Virus record (IMG/VR): IMGVR_UViG_2778261458_000009
Span: 1 to 19,974 of that record
From: a virus
Lineage: Duplodnaviria; Heunggongvirae; Uroviricota; Caudoviricetes
Direction: 5' to 3' (one strand)
DNA length: 19,974 nt
Shown one piece after another: positions 14,572 to 19,974 of the stretch. The translations under genes were made by a program, and so were the position numbers. Under the pieces are notes generated by a model. That model worked only from the letters and a program-made list of their open reading frames with translations, had not been told where the DNA came from and ran no database searches. Numbering within the stretch: the first letter of the stretch is position 1; every line of letters starts with the position of its first letter.

Positions 14572-14934
14572 ATGGCTAGCGAACGCAGTACTGATGTGCA
14601 GGCATTTATCGGGGAGCTGGACGGCGGCGTATTTGAAACCAAAATCGGCGCAGTTCTCAGTGAAGTCGCTTCCGGTGTGATGAACACGAAAACCAAAGGT
14701 AAGGTCTCACTCAACCTGGAAATCGAACCATTTGATGAGAACCGTGTGAAAATCAAACACAAACTCTCATATGTTCGCCCGACTAACCGCGGGAAAATTT
14801 CCGAAGAAGACACCACCGAAACGCCGATGTATGTCAATCGCGGTGGTCGCCTGACTATTCTGCAGGAAGACCAGGGACAGTTACTGACTCTTGCCGGTGA
14901 ACCTGACGGAAAACTCCGCGCAGCAGGTCGTTAA
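14572..14934 (+). CDS. Hypothetical early-left protein (120 aa), YfdP-like by size and position
   Basis: Strong RBS GAGGAG 7 nt before the ATG at 14572. The ORF-track 226-aa version has an implausible Arg-rich N-terminal extension. Confidence 0.7.
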   Translation: MASERSTDVQAFIGELDGGVFETKIGAVLSEVASGVMNTKTKGKVSLNLEIEPFDENRVKIKHKLSYVRPTNRGKISEEDTTETPMYVNRGGRLTILQEDQGQLLTLAGEPDGKLRAAGR

Positions 14935-14999
14935 TATCGTTTTTAATTAACTGATTATTTATCTCATCACTGAATATCTTTATATAGTGAGGACTTATT

Positions 15000-15824
15000 A
15001 TGTCTCAGAACTTAGACGCAACCGCAATTAATCAAATCCATGCCCTTATTTCTGCTCAGGGTGTTAATGAAATTATCAGTAAGATTGGTGCCGATGCTGT
15101 GGCATTGCCTGAGAATTTCCGCATTCATGATCTGGAAAAATTTAATTTAAATCGCTTCCGTTTCCGTGGTGCGCTTTCCACTGCCAGCATCGATGACTTT
15201 ACCCGTTATTCTAAAGATCTTGCAGATGAAGGCACCCGCTGCTTTATCGATGCTGATAATATGCGTGCCGTCAGTGTGCTTAACCTGGGTACTATTGATG
15301 AACCAGGTCACGCAGATAACACCGCCACTCTCAAACTGAAAAAGACAGCACCGTTCTCTGCTCTGTTGTCTGTTAACGGCGAGCGTAACTCCCAGAAGTC
15401 ACTGGCAGAATGGATTGAAGACTGGGCCGACTACCTTGTGGGCTTTGATGCTAATGGTGACGCCATTCAGGCAACAAAAGCGGCTGCGGCAGTCCGTAAA
15501 ATCACAATTGAAGCGAACCAGACTGCTGATTTTGAAGACAATGACTTCAGCGGCAAACGCTCCCTGATGGAGTCTGTCGAAGCGAAGACCAAAGACATTA
15601 TGCCAGTGGCATTTGAATTTAAATGCGTTCCGTTTGAAGGCCTGAAAGAACGTCCATTTAAATTACGACTCAGCATTATCACTGGTGATCGCCCTGTACT
15701 GGTTCTGCGCATTATTCAGCTGGAAGCAGTGCAGGAAGAAATGGCTAACGAATTTCGTGATCTGCTTGTTGAGAAATTCAAAGACAGCAAAGTAGAAACC
15801 TTTATTGGTACTTTCACCGCCTGA
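15000..15824 (+). CDS. DUF2303-type prophage protein (274 aa), YfdQ-like
   Basis: Size and operon context match the CPS-53 yfdPQRST cluster as recalled. RBS GAGGA upstream. Confidence 0.7.
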   Translation: MSQNLDATAINQIHALISAQGVNEIISKIGADAVALPENFRIHDLEKFNLNRFRFRGALSTASIDDFTRYSKDLADEGTRCFIDADNMRAVSVLNLGTIDEPGHADNTATLKLKKTAPFSALLSVNGERNSQKSLAEWIEDWADYLVGFDANGDAIQATKAAAAVRKITIEANQTADFEDNDFSGKRSLMESVEAKTKDIMPVAFEFKCVPFEGLKERPFKLRLSIITGDRPVLVLRIIQLEAVQEEMANEFRDLLVEKFKDSKVETFIGTFTA

Positions 15825-15951
15825 TTTCATTACTGCAAATGCCCCTGCGGGGGCATTTATGGAAACGTAATTAACTCAATAATCACCGGATGGTGAGGGC
15901 TTCCTTTTACCAGAATTCAGCGCGGTGCAGTGCATATACGTGGAGAACAAA

Positions 15952-16488
15952 ATGTCATTTATTAAAACTTTTTCCGGGAAGCATTTTTATTATGACAAGA
16001 TAAATAAAGACGACATCGTTATTAACGATATCGCGGTTTCCCTTTCAAATATCTGTCGCTTTGCAGGACATCTTTCACACTTCTACAGCGTCGCCCAACA
16101 TGCGGTGCTTTGCAGCCAGCTGGTACCGCAGGAATTTGCTTTTGAAGCGTTAATGCATGATGCAACAGAAGCGTATTGCCAGGACATTCCCGCACCACTG
16201 AAACGCCTTCTTCCTGACTATAAACGGATGGAAGAAAAAATAGACGCCGTAATCCGTGAGAAATACGGGTTACCCCCGGTTATGAGCACACCTGTGAAAT
16301 ATGCCGATCTCATCATGCTGGCGACCGAACGCCGCGATCTCGGGCTTGATGATGGCTCTTTCTGGCCTGTACTGGAAGGTATCCCGGCAACAGAGATGTT
16401 CAAAGTGATTCCACTGGCACCGGGTCATGCCTACGGGATGTTTATGGAACGTTTTAACGAGTTATCGGAGTTACGCAAATGCGCATGA
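15952..16488 (+). CDS. HD-domain phosphohydrolase (178 aa), YfdR-like
   Basis: H…HD motif (…SVAQHAV…LMHDATEAY…). ATG at 15952 preceded by GGAG at 6-nt spacing; the ORF-track GTG at 15925 is less likely. Confidence 0.75.
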   Translation: MSFIKTFSGKHFYYDKINKDDIVINDIAVSLSNICRFAGHLSHFYSVAQHAVLCSQLVPQEFAFEALMHDATEAYCQDIPAPLKRLLPDYKRMEEKIDAVIREKYGLPPVMSTPVKYADLIMLATERRDLGLDDGSFWPVLEGIPATEMFKVIPLAPGHAYGMFMERFNELSELRKCA

Positions 16489-16841
16489 ATGTTTTCGAAA
16501 TGGAAGGGTTTCTTCGCGGGAAATGTGTACCGCGAGATCTGAAAGTGAACGAAACAAATGCTGAGTATCTGGTGCGTAAATTCGATGCGCTTGAAGCTAA
16601 ATGTGCGGCACTGGAAAACAAAATAATACCAGTGTCAGTTGAACTGCCACCATCAAATGAAAGTGTTCTGTTATTTGATGCTAACGGAGAAGGCTGGCTA
16701 ATTGGCTGGCGTTCTCTCTGGTACACCTGGGGACAAAAAGAAACCGGAGAATGGCAGTGGACATTTCAGGTCGGGGACCTTGAAAACGTCAATATCACTC
16801 ACTGGGCAGTAATGCCGAAAGCACCGGAGGCTGGGGCATAA
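16479..16841 (+). CDS. Hypothetical phage protein (120 aa) with DUF551-like C-terminus (…THWAVMPKAPE)
   Basis: 10-nt overlap with the upstream gene; TAATG coupling to the downstream gene. Confidence 0.65.
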   Translation: MRMNVFEMEGFLRGKCVPRDLKVNETNAEYLVRKFDALEAKCAALENKIIPVSVELPPSNESVLLFDANGEGWLIGWRSLWYTWGQKETGEWQWTFQVGDLENVNITHWAVMPKAPEAGA

Positions 16842-17452
16842 TGACCACTTTCACCGATAAGGAACTGATTAAAGAAATCAAAGAACGAATCGGCAGCTTA
16901 GACGTGCGAGACAATGTTGAGCGCCGTGCTTATGAAATTGCTCTGGCATCACTGGAAGCAGAGCCGGTGGCGTGGCTTCATTCAGACAATGGCTTAGGTA
17001 TTCCGGCAATAACCAGGAGCAAAAACATTGCTGACAGTTGGTTATCAAAGGGCTGGTATGTTCAGCCGCTATATATGGCTCAGCCTGTGTCGGTGGTGCC
17101 GGATGCTCTTCCGTCTTTAAATAATGGCATAGTCGGCTTTGATGAAGGCTGGAACGCCTGCCGCGCCGTCATGCTTCATGGTGCCGAACCTGTAAGCCAG
17201 ACTTACAAGTTGAACAAGCTGTCGGGCAACCCTCCGGTAACTCCGGATGGTTGGATAAGCTGTAGTGAGCGAATGCCAGAGGACGGTCAGCACGTAATTA
17301 TTTTATGTGATGGCGCATTCGTTCTTTATGCGCAATATCGAGACGGTGAGTTTTTTGATGTTGTCCGCAGTGGTGAGGAGTTCTTCGAAACGCAGAGCCG
17401 CAATGTAACCCACTGGATACCGCTACCGGAGCCGCCGCAGGAGGTAAATTAA
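16841..17452 (+). CDS. DUF551-like phage protein (203 aa; C-terminus …VTHWIPLPEPP)
   Basis: TAATG coupling on both sides. C-terminal motif recurs in the preceding gene. Confidence 0.65.
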   Translation: MTTFTDKELIKEIKERIGSLDVRDNVERRAYEIALASLEAEPVAWLHSDNGLGIPAITRSKNIADSWLSKGWYVQPLYMAQPVSVVPDALPSLNNGIVGFDEGWNACRAVMLHGAEPVSQTYKLNKLSGNPPVTPDGWISCSERMPEDGQHVIILCDGAFVLYAQYRDGEFFDVVRSGEEFFETQSRNVTHWIPLPEPPQEVN

Positions 17453-17646
17453 TGAACAACTTAATGACAACAAAACAAGTCGCCGAATTCTGTGGCGTTT
17501 CAATATCGACGGTGCTTCGCTGGAATAGCGTAAACCGGAGAACTGGCAAGAAATACAGACCAGACTTTCCAGATCCTGATATTAAATCCTGCCCAAATAA
17601 ATGGGCATCACAAAAGATTTACAGGTTTGCAGGAGTCATTGAGTAA
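17452..17646 (+). CDS. Excisionase / AlpA-family HTH protein (64 aa)
   Basis: …TTKQVAEFCGVSISTVLRW… HTH pattern; last gene of the early-left operon, adjacent to int. Confidence 0.65.
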   Translation: MNNLMTTKQVAEFCGVSISTVLRWNSVNRRTGKKYRPDFPDPDIKSCPNKWASQKIYRFAGVIE

Positions 17647-17781
17647 TATGCCTTAGATCAGATGTAAGCTGACACACCACTATGGCACAGAGTCAAACCT
17701 AATCTAACTACCTGCTCTGTGCCAAAAGAAGATACTACTAACATAATTATAAAATAATCAACGGGAAATAGCTCATCTGTA

Positions 17782-18597
17782 CTACTCCACAAGCGGGATA
17801 AGTTTTTTACCTGTGTCTTCAAAGAATGAAAACGAAGACCAGCGGTAAGTATATAAAAAAGCCACCTTGCCTGCATGTTCTTCGATAGCTTTTTTTAAAT
17901 ATGACTTGCGTTTACTGACTTTTGGAAATTTATCCGAAAAGATAACTATTGCTCTTGATGATAGTCCACCACCATTTCGCATAAAGAGAGTAAACTCACT
18001 CAATCTAAGCATGTTGAAATTTGCACAATTCGCTACATCATTATCAAACTTAGCAACTATACTTTTTATTTTGTCATACAGACTGACCATATCCCTAAAA
18101 ATATTTTCATCTGCCAACTGAATATTTCTTTCATTCAACTCTGTTATATACTTATTATCATCCACTATTCCAATAGGGTATCGAGCATTTAAAACTATAT
18201 CTCGAGACGCAACCTTCAATAACTTCAGCTCGTCAACGGTTAATGGCAAACCTAAATCAACAGCCATACAATCAAGTTTATGCCCATAATTACAAAACTC
18301 ATTTTCAATAGCTTTTTTTCTCGCACCGAGATTCATTAGAAGAATCGCTGACTTTAACAACATTTCAAAAGCATACCCCAACATAAGTCTGCTAGTTTTA
18401 TCAGTTGCCGATGCGATATCGATGTATTCATGAACAACAGGAGATTTCTTACTTGCTGTCCGAAGCAATTTTTTGTTTCGCTCACCTTCACTTCTCAACA
18501 GCTTCGCAGATAAATACAGTTGTTTAGACTCTGTTAACCAAGCCTTTCGATCAAATATACCTTTCCCATTTTTCTGCGTGATTATCTCGCTCTGCAT
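17782..18597 (-). CDS. Hypothetical protein (271 aa), AT-rich accessory gene between xis and int
   Basis: ATG at 18595-18597 preceded by AGGAG at 6-nt spacing. Markedly AT-rich by eye. No family recognised. Confidence 0.7.
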   Translation of the reverse strand: MQSEIITQKNGKGIFDRKAWLTESKQLYLSAKLLRSEGERNKKLLRTASKKSPVVHEYIDIASATDKTSRLMLGYAFEMLLKSAILLMNLGARKKAIENEFCNYGHKLDCMAVDLGLPLTVDELKLLKVASRDIVLNARYPIGIVDDNKYITELNERNIQLADENIFRDMVSLYDKIKSIVAKFDNDVANCANFNMLRLSEFTLFMRNGGGLSSRAIVIFSDKFPKVSKRKSYLKKAIEEHAGKVAFLYTYRWSSFSFFEDTGKKLIPLVE

Positions 18598-18750
18598 CAA
18601 TAACTCCTATGTTATTAGAATCAAACCTGCCACTAATCAATTGCAAATCTCGTCGCTGTTATTTTGACCAGACATTACATTGCTCCATTTGTAAAATACC
18701 ACTTAACTAACTTGAATGAGAAATTGTAAGTATTCCGACAAAACAGACTA

Positions 18751-19974
18751 TCAGTTGGGGTTTAAGCTAGCACAAGTAACGATCGATTCAACCCTATCCC
18801 ACCACGCCTGGTAGGCTTTACGCTGTTCTTCTAGATAATCGCTCTTGTCATAAACCTGCCAAACCCCTGGCAGTTTATGGCCGAGCATTATTTCTGCAAT
18901 ATGAGGAGCAGTAAGATCAGAAAAATTTGTTCGTGCTGTTCGCCTCAAATCATGAAGAGACCAATGAGGGAATTGATACCCCAAACGCCGCCATGCGTAC
19001 TGCATTAAATTGTAAGGCAGCGACTGCAATGATGTTCGACCAACGGGTTCCCTGCTTCCTTCCTTAGTAAAAAGCATATCGGAACCATTGTTCATAGAGA
19101 TAGCGTTCTTTATAAGCTCTTCCACCGGTTCAATAATGGGCCGCTTTAGCGGTTCGCCCGTTATCTCCCCAGTCTTATGTCGTTCAGGTGGTACAATCCA
19201 TACCTTATTAATGAAATCAAAATCGTCCACCCTAGCAGTAATTAGCTCTGAACTACGACAGCCAAAATGCAGCAATAGCTTAATGAAGGCCCGGTATTTA
19301 GGAACCATTCGAGAACCATCGATCGCAGCATAAAGGATTTTAATTTCATCATGTGTCAGAAACCGTTTCTTCTGACCTTTACGGATATCCATATCTTTAC
19401 CCGTGATATCCGACAGCGGGCGAGTTTCAATGAGCTTTCTCTTATACGCCCAGACATGGGCCTGCTTTGCGTTAATTAGCAATCGGTCTGCTATTGCTGG
19501 AGTCTTAGTGCTAAGAGGCTCCAGGACTTCTAACCAATCATGCAATGTAGCTGCATCGTGAGGGATATTCCCGATTTTAGAAAACAGGTGCAGCTCAAAC
19601 GAGCGGAGTATCTGTTCAGAACCTTTTTTATTTTTTACACAATATGCTTCATACCAGGCACGGATCACAGACTCTACCGTCATGGCCTCAGTAGCTTTTC
19701 GTTTTTCAGCTTGCTTGACCAATCGTGGATTACGGTTTGACTCAAGTTCACCACGGAGACGGATAACTTCTTCTCTGGCCTCTTTTAATCCAGTTGCCGG
19801 ATAAGTTCCGATATCAAGACGCTCACCTTTCCCTGCCCATTGATAACGATATTGGAACACTACGCGACCTTTCGGTGATACTCTGACAGACAGACCATCA
19901 CGATCGGATTTAACCAAAACCTTATCACGTTCCTTTCCAACGACTGAACGCAACCACGCATCAGACAGCGCCAT
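18751..19974 (-). CDS. Tyrosine-type site-specific integrase (407 aa)
   Basis: Start codon at the window edge (19972-19974). N-terminal arm-binding-like region and C-terminal catalytic pattern (…HDLRRTARTN…LGHK…Y…) typical of phage integrases. Confidence 0.9.
   Translation of the reverse strand: MALSDAWLRSVVGKERDKVLVKSDRDGLSVRVSPKGRVVFQYRYQWAGKGERLDIGTYPATGLKEAREEVIRLRGELESNRNPRLVKQAEKRKATEAMTVESVIRAWYEAYCVKNKKGSEQILRSFELHLFSKIGNIPHDAATLHDWLEVLEPLSTKTPAIADRLLINAKQAHVWAYKRKLIETRPLSDITGKDMDIRKGQKKRFLTHDEIKILYAAIDGSRMVPKYRAFIKLLLHFGCRSSELITARVDDFDFINKVWIVPPERHKTGEITGEPLKRPIIEPVEELIKNAISMNNGSDMLFTKEGSREPVGRTSLQSLPYNLMQYAWRRLGYQFPHWSLHDLRRTARTNFSDLTAPHIAEIMLGHKLPGVWQVYDKSDYLEEQRKAYQAWWDRVESIVTCASLNPN

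Larger units (their letters stand above)
1..19974. mobile_element. Lambdoid prophage segment (integration, early-left, immunity, early-right/replication and lysis modules); no structural genes in window
   Basis: Gene content and order: integrase, xis-like, cI/cro divergent pair with operators, O-like, RusA, Q-like, holin, endolysin, Rz/Rz1. Many ATGA/TAATG stop-start overlaps typical of phage operons. Confidence 0.85.

Noticed and set aside
15467-17549. ORFs 15467..15712(-), 16218..16403(-), 16454..16726(-), 17298..17549(-)
   Set aside because: Antisense to the plus-strand early-left operon.
17658-19740. ORFs 17658..17876(-), 17867..18121(+), 18473..18667(+), 19088..19333(+), 19540..19740(+)
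   Set aside because: Overlap the 271-aa gene or integrase antisense or out of frame; no RBS.
1-19974. tRNA/attachment site or IS element within the window
   Set aside because: No cloverleaf-like conserved tRNA features, no transposase ORF and no terminal inverted repeats seen. The att site is presumably beyond the integrase start, outside the window.

Overview
This window reads as an internal ~20 kb segment of an enterobacterial lambdoid prophage, in inverted orientation relative to the lambda map. All family assignments come from reading the translated ORFs and recalling family signatures; no database search was run.

Modules, right to left:
- Tyrosine integrase at the right edge (minus strand, start codon at 19972-19974), with a convergent excisionase/AlpA-like gene.
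- Early-left operon on the plus strand (14572-17646), resembling the E. coli CPS-53 YfdP/Q/R/S/T cluster.
- Immunity region: cI-like repressor (plus, 12605-13231) divergent from a cro-like gene (minus, 12307-12507), with CTAAG-type palindromic operators on both sides of cI.
- Tightly packed early-right operon on the minus strand (cII-like, Rha-domain protein, O-like replication initiator with internal iteron repeats, Dam methyltransferase, LexA-DNA-binding-domain-only protein, RusA, KilA-N protein, a split DUF968-like gene, Q-like antiterminator).
- Late lysis cassette: holin, an endolysin nearly identical to lambda R, Rz and embedded Rz1, followed by an intrinsic terminator, a second Rha-family gene and one more ORF ending at position 1.

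Three AT-rich accessory islands interrupt the roughly 50-55% GC backbone (GC judged by eye):
1. The most striking is a translationally coupled two-gene operon of unknown function (3165-4891) with about 570 bp of AT-rich upstream DNA, sitting between Q and the holin. This is the slot that carries stxAB in Stx phages. It is the best candidate for an undescribed accessory system (defence or toxin).
2. A 271-aa AT-rich gene between xis and int (17782-18597).
3. A 167-aa AT-rich gene convergent with cI (13599-14102).

No tRNA, rRNA, CRISPR array or IS element was found.
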